54,519 nt of DNA from Solirubrobacterales bacterium. GTDB taxonomy: Bacteria; Actinomycetota; Thermoleophilia; Solirubrobacterales; 70-9. Position 1 is the stretch's first letter. Each line of letters starts with the position of its first letter. A program made the translations under genes and the position numbers. The DNA is taken from positions 1 to 54,519 of the forward strand of contig JBBQZL010000001.1 in the NCBI GenBank assembly GCA_038207745.1. The letters run 5' to 3'. Below the pieces are notes generated by a model that made no database searches, had not been told where the DNA came from, and worked only from the letters and a program-made list of their open reading frames with translations. Below, one piece after another: positions 19,635 to 27,064 of this stretch.

Positions 19635-19883
19635 TCAAGTTGTGCTCTCTTCCGCGCCGTCTGGTCTACGTCTGATGTCGCGAGCTCCCGGATGGTCTTG
19701 CCCTGGCGGCCCAGGGGAGGGGGTCAGGATCACCCTCCCGTTGGCTGCTGCCTCAGCCAGCTTTCGAAGCAGATCGGGGCGGGATACCCCGCGATGGAGC
19801 GCCATACGGTCGATCTGTGCGGCGAGCTCGGAAGGCAGCTTGGTCGAGACGGTCTGAACCTTCTTGGTTTCTGAAGAGGCCAC
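19635..19883 (-). CDS. ribbon-helix-helix (CopG/Arc/MetJ-like) DNA-binding protein
   Basis: KVQTVSTKLPSELAAQIDRMALHRGVSRPDLLRKLAEAAA fits a beta-strand/helix/helix pattern. Third-position GC is visibly lower than in neighbouring genes. Confidence 0.6.
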   Translation of the reverse strand: MASSETKKVQTVSTKLPSELAAQIDRMALHRGVSRPDLLRKLAEAAANGRVILTPSPGPPGQDHPGARDIRRRPDGAEESTT

Positions 19884-19940
19884 ACAACAGGTATTCCGAC
19901 GATTTCGCGGTGCTCCCCAAACGGACTCTTGAGGCCCGTG

Positions 19941-19966
19941 GGACCATCGCGCAGGTCTATCGCGCG
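19941..19966 (+). repeat. ATCGCGC tandem motif (arm-type repeat), copy B
   Basis: gaccATCGCGCaggtctATCGCGCgg; compare 16246-16269. Confidence 0.5.
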
Positions 19967-20030
19967 GCGCTGCCGACGCCCAATGAATGGCTCAAAAGTG
20001 CCAGTCACCGGGAACCAGCGGATGGTCTAA

Positions 20031-20061
20031 GAAACCGAAGTCACTGGTTCGTCTCGCGAAC
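20031..20061 (+). repeat. partial tRNA-3'-half-like element, copy B, ending in a GGTTCG-tctc-CGAACC hairpin
   Basis: 20031-20051 equals 16101-16122 except for one missing G. The hairpin could also terminate the SDR operon on the minus strand. Confidence 0.55.
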
Positions 20062-20074
20062 CGGGTGATCGGGT

Positions 20075-20902
20075 TCAGCCCGGTCGTCGTGCCTTCAGTG
20101 CACGGTCGACCATGCGGTCGCCGGCCGCGTTCATCAGGCCCGGGAGGATGTTGGCGAGGCGACGGGTGAACCGTGCGCGGTGGCCGGGGATGATCATCCG
20201 GCGGCGGCCTTCCAGCCCGCGGATGATCTCTTCGCAGGCTTGGTCGACACCGAGGGTGCCCGAGAACTTCTTCAGCTCGAGGCTGATCGCGTCGCCGGTC
20301 CGGCGTTCGTCCTCGACCATCGCGGTCTCGACCTCCGGCGGACAGATCACCGAGACGGCGATGCCCTTCGGCTTGTACTCCAGCCTCAACGCCCCCGCCA
20401 GCCCCACAACCCCGAACTTGGAGGCGCTATAGGCCGCATAGCCGTAGTTCGGGACGATCCCGGCAAGGGAGGCGATCAGGGCGAGCTGCGCTCCCGGTTG
20501 CATTTGGGGGAGAACCGCTGCGGCGAAGTTGCGACTGCCGATCAGGTTGACCTCGACGACGAGCCGGAACCGCTCCTCGCTGAGCTCCTCAAACGTCTTC
20601 GATGCCTGGACCCCGGCCGAATTGATCGCAAGAGTCGGCGGCCCGGTCGCCGCAACCGCCTTCTCGACGGCCCGAGCCAGCGCGTCGGCGTCGGTGACGT
20701 CGACCTCGTGGAAGCCGGCGCCCGCTCCACTGTCCGCGTCGCCCCCGTCGCCTCCGAGCCTGCGCCTGGCTTCGTCACCGATCTTCAGATCGAAGACGGA
20801 AACCGCCACTCCTCGCGCCCGCAGCATCTCGGCCAGGCGCAGGCCGATGCCGCTCCCTCCGCCGCTGATCAAAGCCGTCTTCCAGTCCGTTCGCACGCTC
20901 AT
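20075..20902 (-). CDS. SDR family oxidoreductase
   Basis: ALISGGGSGIGL; YAAYSASK catalytic motif. Confidence 0.85.
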   Translation of the reverse strand: MSVRTDWKTALISGGGSGIGLRLAEMLRARGVAVSVFDLKIGDEARRRLGGDGGDADSGAGAGFHEVDVTDADALARAVEKAVAATGPPTLAINSAGVQASKTFEELSEERFRLVVEVNLIGSRNFAAAVLPQMQPGAQLALIASLAGIVPNYGYAAYSASKFGVVGLAGALRLEYKPKGIAVSVICPPEVETAMVEDERRTGDAISLELKKFSGTLGVDQACEEIIRGLEGRRRMIIPGHRARFTRRLANILPGLMNAAGDRMVDRALKARRPG

Positions 20903-20927
20903 CGTTTTCCTCTCGTTGTCCGCTTCG

Positions 20928-21890
20928 CTAATCCAGCAGGCCCTGTCCGGCCAGCCACTGTTCGCTTCGCCGCATGCCTTCCTCCAGATCGACCTTGGGC
21001 TCGTATCCGAGCAGCCGTCGTGCCTTGTCGATCGAGTAGCCGCCGGTACGGGCCAACATCCTCATCGACTCGGCACTCACCTCGGTCTCCCGCCCCAGGG
21101 CGCCGAAGGTCATCCCGACCACACCGGCCAACCCCTTCGCCAGGGGGGTCGGCAGGGTCCGGATCGACTTGCCGCCGAGCATGCGGGCGTAGTGCCCGAA
21201 GAAGTCCCTCGCCGGCAGCCCGGCGCCGTCGCCGAGGATGAATACCTGTCCCGCCGCAACTTCAAGGCCGCCGACTGCCTCGAGCCCGTCGATCAGGTTG
21301 TCGATGTAGACCGGGCTGAAGACGCCCATGCCTCGGGCCGGCAGCGCGAACTGGCCCGAGCGAAGCATCTCGACCGGGATCCGCGTCCAAGGTCGGGAGC
21401 GCGGGCCATAGACATCGGTGGGACGGACGACGGAACAGGCGACCTCGCCCGCCGCGTGGGCCTGCAGGACGAAATGCTCGGAGGCGACCTTGGTGTCCAC
21501 GTAGTGGTTGCCGTTGGGCCGCAGCGGGTAGGTCTCGTCGACTCCATCGGGGAAGTCGAACCCGTATGCCGCAACCGAGGAGAGATGCACGAAGCGACCG
21601 ACACCGGCGTTCGCAGCGGCCTCGAGCGCCCGCCGCGTACCCAGCACATTCACGTTCCAGGAATTCTCCTCGGAGGCGACGTTCGAGACCACGGCCGCGG
21701 TGTGGAAGACGAGGTCGCATCCAATAAGCCTTCGCGCCCAGCCGCTCGGGTCGAGGATGTCGCCGGCGACGACGCCGAGCTCCGGCTCGGCAACCCGATC
21801 GAGCCCGCCCACCTCGGCCCCGGCAGAGCGGTAGCGCTCCAGCAGGGCCCGGCCGATGAAGCCGAGAGCGCCGGTGACGAAGATCTTCAT
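20928..21890 (-). CDS. NAD-dependent epimerase/dehydratase family protein
   Basis: MKIFVTGALGFIGRAL, extended-SDR layout. Start at ATG 21890; the longer ORF extension is Arg-rich and non-protein-like. Confidence 0.8.
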   Translation of the reverse strand: MKIFVTGALGFIGRALLERYRSAGAEVGGLDRVAEPELGVVAGDILDPSGWARRLIGCDLVFHTAAVVSNVASEENSWNVNVLGTRRALEAAANAGVGRFVHLSSVAAYGFDFPDGVDETYPLRPNGNHYVDTKVASEHFVLQAHAAGEVACSVVRPTDVYGPRSRPWTRIPVEMLRSGQFALPARGMGVFSPVYIDNLIDGLEAVGGLEVAAGQVFILGDGAGLPARDFFGHYARMLGGKSIRTLPTPLAKGLAGVVGMTFGALGRETEVSAESMRMLARTGGYSIDKARRLLGYEPKVDLEEGMRRSEQWLAGQGLLD

Positions 21891-22846
21891 TTCCTTCTCC
21901 TGATCGTGGTCGGAGTGAAGCCGGTCAGTCGCCACGCCCAGCGGCGCGGGTAGAGCAGCTCGACGTTCTCGCCCGAGGGAAGTTCGAAGTACATGACGCG
22001 GAAGATCCCGGCCTCGAGCGGCTTCTCGCTGGTCGGCCGGAATCCGCGATCGACCCAGCGGTCGTAGGTGCGGTCGAAGGTGGCGCGGTCGCGGGCGACG
22101 ATGGCGATGTTCATGATCCCCTGGTCGCAGATCCGATAGCCATCGGGCAACGGCCTGCCGAGCGGACGCTGGTATTCGACCAGCTCGAGCAGCACCCCGC
22201 CGCCGTCGAGCGTGTGCTCGCGCCGCTCTGCTCCATCCAGTCCCCACATGGCCTCGTGCTGAGGGGAGTGGAGGGGGAGATCTGCGGTATCGAATCCGAT
22301 GCCGTCGGCCCAGGTGTGGACGGCAGCGTCGAGGTCGGTGACCGAGATCGTGATCGAGCGCAGGGTCGCCGGGACCTCCGGTCGCTGCTTGGCGGGCTCG
22401 GAGGCGGCCAGGGGATCCGCCTCCATCAACTCGATCCAGTTGCCCTCGGGGTCGCGCGCGCATGCGCGGCGTTGCGGCCGGACCCCGAGTACCGGGCCCA
22501 CCGGCTCAGAACCGAGGCGCGCCATCCGGCCGAGGGTTGCATCGAAGTCGCGGACGTGGAAGCCGGCGCGACGGTAGCCGTGATCGGCCGGGGTCTCATC
22601 GGGTCGGCGAGTGCGTGGGCGGGGGTGGATGAAGTGAAAGAGTTCGATCTGGGTCCACTCGCGTCCGTCGATCAGCCAGCGGGCGGTGAAGAGTGGAGTG
22701 GTGAGACCGTTGACCTTCGCCGCCGGTGGCCCGGCGAACAGTGACGCGCCGCTCGGAAGCAGCCCGAGACCGTCCCGGTACCACTCACGCATCTGCGAGC
22801 CCCCGAGGTGGTTGAAGGCGAGTTGGCCGATCGCGAGGTCACGCAT
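21887..22846 (-). CDS. two-domain VOC (glyoxalase/bleomycin-resistance/dioxygenase) family protein
   Basis: Two repeats of the VOC pattern (FHVRDFDATLGRM..., ITISVTDLDAAVHTW...). ATGA overlap with the downstream epimerase gene. ATG 22891 is an alternative start. Confidence 0.65.
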   Translation of the reverse strand: MRDLAIGQLAFNHLGGSQMREWYRDGLGLLPSGASLFAGPPAAKVNGLTTPLFTARWLIDGREWTQIELFHFIHPRPRTRRPDETPADHGYRRAGFHVRDFDATLGRMARLGSEPVGPVLGVRPQRRACARDPEGNWIELMEADPLAASEPAKQRPEVPATLRSITISVTDLDAAVHTWADGIGFDTADLPLHSPQHEAMWGLDGAERREHTLDGGGVLLELVEYQRPLGRPLPDGYRICDQGIMNIAIVARDRATFDRTYDRWVDRGFRPTSEKPLEAGIFRVMYFELPSGENVELLYPRRWAWRLTGFTPTTIRRRK

Positions 22847-22978
22847 ACGCGGATCTCCCTGCCCCGCTGGTCCACCCATACTTGACGCCATCGGTCTGGT
22901 TCAGCCCGCGAGCCTGGGCCGGGTCCGCCTCTTGTACGGAGTGGTAGCTCATCCGACCTCGCCTTCGCTGGATCAAAT

Positions 22979-23005
22979 CAGAACACAAGTCATGTTACAG
23001 TTCTG
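22979..23005. promoter_or_regulatory. candidate TetR operator CAGAAC-N15-GTTCTG
   Basis: Inverted repeat 7 nt upstream of the TetR ATG, in the divergent intergenic region. Confidence 0.4.
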
Positions 23006-23011
23006 CGTTGG

Positions 23012-23701
23012 ATGATCTCAGGCGATACCCCAGAGGCGACGACCGCGGATCAGGCGCAGACGCGCAGACGCCCCGTGCAGGCGCGGAGCCGGGACACCGT
23101 CGAGCGGATCCTCACCGCGGCCACCGAGCTGATCGAGGAATCCGGCGTCGATGCCGCCTCGACCCGGGCAATCGCCGGGCGGGCGGGCGTTTCGGCGCCC
23201 TCCCTGTACCGGTTCTTCGCGGATCGCGATGAGATCCTCGACGAGATTCTGAAGCGGCAGCTGCATCAGCTCGACGCTCATGCCGAGCACGAGGAGTCGG
23301 GTTGGCGCTTCGGCTCGGTCGAGGAGTTCGTCGGCCTCGAACTCGACCTCCATGTCGACTTCTACGAGCAGCACCCGAGCTTTGCGCGGCTCTGGTTCGG
23401 CGGCAGGGTGAGCCCGACGGTCGTCGCCGAGGTCCACGGCCGTAACCGGGCGCTTGCCTCGCGCGCGCGCAGGGTTCTGGTCGATGCAGGCATGATCAAG
23501 GCGGACACCGCACCGGGGGCTCTCGACCTGCTCGTGGAGCTCGGCGACCGGGTTCTGGAGATGGCGTTCAGGGAAGGGCCGAAGGCGGACCCCGAGGTGA
23601 TCGAGATGGGGCGCGGCGCGCTGATCGCCTGCCTACAGGGCTGGATAACGGGCGGGAGATCGATTACCGCGGAACCGGAGGGAAGCAATGGGCAAGATTG
23701 A
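23012..23701 (+). CDS. TetR/AcrR family transcriptional regulator
   Basis: ARSRDTVERILTAATELIEESGVDAASTRAIAGRAGVSAPSLYRFF. Confidence 0.85.
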   Translation: MISGDTPEATTADQAQTRRRPVQARSRDTVERILTAATELIEESGVDAASTRAIAGRAGVSAPSLYRFFADRDEILDEILKRQLHQLDAHAEHEESGWRFGSVEEFVGLELDLHVDFYEQHPSFARLWFGGRVSPTVVAEVHGRNRALASRARRVLVDAGMIKADTAPGALDLLVELGDRVLEMAFREGPKADPEVIEMGRGALIACLQGWITGGRSITAEPEGSNGQD

Positions 23702-25397
23702 CGGTGGTGAGCTTTTCGTCAGGGCGCTTCGCGCCGAGGGAGTCGAGCAGATCTTCGCGATCTCCGATATCAGCTACTCGCCGATCCAGCGCAGCGCCGA
23801 GGCTCACGGGATCCGCACGGTGGCCGGCAGGCACGAGAGCGCGAACGTCCACATGGCGGAGGCCTGGGCGCGGGCCTCGGGCAAGGTTGCGGTCGCGATG
23901 GCCGGCATGGGCCCGGGTGTGGCGAATCTCGTCCCGGCCGTGATCACCGCCTGGATCGAGGGCTTTCCGCTGATCGTCATCGGGACTCAACGGACCGATC
24001 GCGCCGACCGCTCGATCAGGCGCGGGCGGTTCCAGCACACCCCCCAACTCGACGTCTTCCGGCCGATCACCAAGTTCGCCGCCTCCGTGCCCGATGCGGA
24101 ACGGGCACCGGAGTATGTGCGCGAGGCCTTTCGATCCGCCCTACGAGGTCGTCCGGGGCCCAGCTATCTCGAGTTCCCGGTCCAGGTCCTCCGGGAAGAG
24201 GTCGAGGAGGCGGACGTGAGGATGCCGCCACCGTCGCGCTATCGCGTCACCGCCGGTTCACCGGACCCGGGCTCCGTCGATCGCGCCGCGCAGCTGCTCG
24301 CCGACGCCGAGCTGCCCCTGATCCTCGCCGGCCAGGGGATCAACCACGGTGCGGCCTCGGACGAACTCCGGGCTCTGCTCCACCACACCGGTGCTGCGCT
24401 GATCACGACGCTGGGGGCGCGTGGGGTCATCGACGAGGACGACGATCACGTCGTCGGGCAGCCGATGTTCTCGCCCGCCGGGGCGCGACTGGCGCAGGAA
24501 GCTGACGTCGTGCTCGCGGTCGGGACCGCGATCGGCGAGACGCTCGGTTACGGCATGCCGCCGCAGTGGGCGGGACCCGAGAAGCAGCAGTGGATCCACC
24601 TCGACAGCGACCCGGATTCGATCGGCGTCAACCGCGAGGTTGATTGCGCGTTGGTCGGCGATGCCAGGAAGGGCCTCGAAGCCCTGCTGGTGGCCATCGG
24701 CGATCGCACCGGCCCGGCCGAGATAGGCCCGCTGCTGAGCGAGGTCGCGGCGCAGGAGCGCGAACTGATCGGTCAGCTTCGAGACGGCCTCGGGGCGAGC
24801 GATGCGTATCCGATCCATCCAGCGCGCCTCGCGAACGAGGTGGCGACGTTCTTCGGCGACGACGCGATCACCTGTCTCGACGGCGGCAACACGACACTCT
24901 GGGCGGTCCTCTTCCACCGCTTCCACAGCCCCCGGTCGCTGATCTGGACCAGCCACTTCGGCCACCTCGGGACCGGGTTGCCGTATGCGATCGGCGCGAA
25001 GCTGGCGAAACCCGAGCGCCCCGTCTACCTGTTCACGGGCGACAGCGCGCTCGGGTTCAATCTCACCGAGCTCGAGACCGCCGCTCGCGAGCAGCTCGAT
25101 CTCGTCATCGTCGTCGCCTGCGACTTCGCGTGGTCGATGGAGGCCCTCGGTCAGCAACAGGAGCTTGGGCGCACGATCGGGCTCGAAACCACCCACGTCC
25201 GCTACGACGAGGCGGCTCGGGCACTCGGCTGTGATGGCGAGTTGGTCGAGCGCGCGGAGGAGATCCGCCCCGCGCTCGAGCGCGCTGTCGCTACCGCGGG
25301 GCCGGTGCTGATCCAGGTCAATATCGATCCGGGCGAGAACGAAAGCCCTCCGTTCCTCCAGCAATTCCTCGACATGTACGCCGCGGAAGACACCTGA
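23688..25397 (+). CDS. thiamine-diphosphate-dependent enzyme (acetolactate synthase / benzoylformate decarboxylase superfamily)
   Basis: N-terminal GGELFVRALRAEGVEQIF...HESANVHMAEAWARASG and a C-terminal GDSALGFN ThDP-binding motif. Confidence 0.8.
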   Translation: MGKIDGGELFVRALRAEGVEQIFAISDISYSPIQRSAEAHGIRTVAGRHESANVHMAEAWARASGKVAVAMAGMGPGVANLVPAVITAWIEGFPLIVIGTQRTDRADRSIRRGRFQHTPQLDVFRPITKFAASVPDAERAPEYVREAFRSALRGRPGPSYLEFPVQVLREEVEEADVRMPPPSRYRVTAGSPDPGSVDRAAQLLADAELPLILAGQGINHGAASDELRALLHHTGAALITTLGARGVIDEDDDHVVGQPMFSPAGARLAQEADVVLAVGTAIGETLGYGMPPQWAGPEKQQWIHLDSDPDSIGVNREVDCALVGDARKGLEALLVAIGDRTGPAEIGPLLSEVAAQERELIGQLRDGLGASDAYPIHPARLANEVATFFGDDAITCLDGGNTTLWAVLFHRFHSPRSLIWTSHFGHLGTGLPYAIGAKLAKPERPVYLFTGDSALGFNLTELETAAREQLDLVIVVACDFAWSMEALGQQQELGRTIGLETTHVRYDEAARALGCDGELVERAEEIRPALERAVATAGPVLIQVNIDPGENESPPFLQQFLDMYAAEDT

Positions 25398-25425
25398 GCG
25401 GCGGCCGAGGCCGCGGCAAGGCCAC

Positions 25426-25467
25426 GAGACCGGTGGTCACGGGTTCGAGTCCTGTCGGGCTCGCTCT
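25426..25467 (+). repeat. tRNA-3'-half-like element, copy C
   Basis: T arm ACGGG-TTCGAGT-CCTGT, then CGGGCTC-G. 36 of 42 positions are identical to copy A. No complementary 5' acceptor strand upstream. Confidence 0.6.
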
Positions 25468-25804
25468 CAAGGCCCCCGACAGACCGCGTGGGAATGCGGC
25501 GTTTGCCGGTACCAAATTGAGCCTTCAAAAAGTGGCAAACTCGTCAAACCGCTTGGACATGCGGTCTCAAGCTGTCGCGCGACTATCGCGGGCAAGTGAG
25601 ATGGCCAAATGGGATCGCAGCGATTCGGGAAAGCGAAACCATCGCGCAGGCAGGCACGCTCCGGCTGGCGACGAGGCCGAAATGAGCTGGTCGGTGATCA
25701 GCCTCGACGATGGCCTGAGCAGATAATCCTGGCTCTATCAGGCACCTGCCGGTCCGGGTGCCCACTTGACGAGTGGGTTCGAGACGATCTCGGCTGATCC
25801 AACG

Positions 25805-27052
25805 ATGGGGTCCAGACAGGGAACCCGAGTACTTCGCATCTTCGTAGGTCTGGTCTGCGCGGTTTCGCTGGTCGCGTTCGGTGAGGGTGAGATCTTTGCG
25901 CCGGTTGCGCTTGGCGCCAACTATGTCTATTGGACAAATCAGGTTGGTTATAGCCTGCATCCCGGCTCGATCTCCTTCCTCAGCCTCGACCCCACCGAAT
26001 CGCGGGGCAACCTGGGCACGACGGGCGCGACCCTCTTCAACCCCACGGCCGTCACGCTCGACCCTCCGAGTGGCCGCTTCTACTGGGGCAACCACGCCCC
26101 CGGCGGTATCTCCTACGCGAACCTCAACGGCTCCGGCGGCGGTGACCTCCACCTTGGGGTTGCAACCGTGAACTTCCCGGAAGGGGTCGCGGTGGATCCA
26201 GCCGCCGGGCGTATCTACTGGGCAACCGATGGAGCCGGCAAGATCTCCCTTGCGCTGTTCGACGGAGGAGGAGGAGGAGACGACCTCGGGACCGACTTCG
26301 CCACGGTGAGTAATCCGGTGGGCGTCGCGGTCGACCCTCTTGCAAGTCGGGTCTACTGGGGGGCCAACGGAGACATTTCCGCGATCTCCTTTGCCTCACT
26401 GGTCACGCCCACGGGAGACAACCTCTACACCGACGGCGCGAGCATCTCCTTCCCGGCCTACCCGGCTATCCTCGCGGCTCCAAGCGGGACGGGCGCCCCG
26501 ACCATCGGCGGAGGCTCGGCGCCTGGCTCGACGCTGGCCTGCACGGACGGCAGATGGTCGGCGGGGCAGGTCAGCTCCTTCTTCTACCGCGCTCCCGAGA
26601 GCTTTGCCCACCAATGGAGCCGCAACGGGATTGACGTCCCCGGGGCCAACGCGAGCACCTATGTCCCCGGCTCGATCGGCGACTACGGCTGCCGGGTGAC
26701 CGGGCGAAATGAGTCCGGCTCGGCGACCCAGCTGGGCGAAGTTCCGCAGGATGTCTTCCAGGTTGGCGCGGCGGCGCTGATGCCGCGCCACGCCAACGCG
26801 AATCTGCCCGTGATGGTCCCCGATCCGGGGACGGTCACCCTCAGCGGCAACCAGGTCGTCCCGAGGCACGTCGTCTCTTCAACGCTCACCGGAGCGGGCA
26901 CGGTAAAGCTGCTGGTCAAGCCCAGGGGGTCGAAGAAGAGGAAGCTGAATCGGACCGGCCGGGTGAAGGTCACGGTCACGGTCAGCTACCAGCCGGACGC
27001 CGGGGCCGGCGGAAGTCAGATGAAAACGATTGGTCTGAGGAAGTCCCACTAG
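25805..27052 (+). CDS. secreted protein with YWTD-type beta-propeller-like repeats and an Ig-like module
   Basis: Signal-like N-terminus RVLRIFVGLVCAVSLVAFG. Four repeats ending in YVYWTN, RFYWGN, RIYWAT and RVYWGAN. Then C..GRW...YRAP..F.HQWSRNG..V.GA..STY. Confidence 0.65.
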   Translation: MGSRQGTRVLRIFVGLVCAVSLVAFGEGEIFAPVALGANYVYWTNQVGYSLHPGSISFLSLDPTESRGNLGTTGATLFNPTAVTLDPPSGRFYWGNHAPGGISYANLNGSGGGDLHLGVATVNFPEGVAVDPAAGRIYWATDGAGKISLALFDGGGGGDDLGTDFATVSNPVGVAVDPLASRVYWGANGDISAISFASLVTPTGDNLYTDGASISFPAYPAILAAPSGTGAPTIGGGSAPGSTLACTDGRWSAGQVSSFFYRAPESFAHQWSRNGIDVPGANASTYVPGSIGDYGCRVTGRNESGSATQLGEVPQDVFQVGAAALMPRHANANLPVMVPDPGTVTLSGNQVVPRHVVSSTLTGAGTVKLLVKPRGSKKRKLNRTGRVKVTVTVSYQPDAGAGGSQMKTIGLRKSH

Positions 27053-27064
27053 AGCCTTCGCCGG

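Noticed and set aside
19135-19638. N-terminal extension of the cytochrome c ORF (320 aa in total)
   Set aside because: The extension is Arg/Pro-rich with poor codon bias. A different frame in the same region has strong coding bias (the 101-aa ORF). ATG 19134 gives a normal signal-anchor plus CxxCH protein.
19817-20068. 83-aa plus-strand ORF, and the 92-aa minus-strand ORF at 19730-20008, between the RHH gene and repeat copy B, considered as a decayed integrase fragment
   Set aside because: No recombinase motifs are present (no R..H..R..Y-type context) and codon bias is poor. The region is more simply the non-coding arm carrying the ATCGCGC repeats.
20928-22463. 511-aa version of the epimerase ORF
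   Set aside because: Residues upstream of MKIFVTGALGFIG are Arg-rich and non-protein-like, and they overlap the VOC gene read in another frame.
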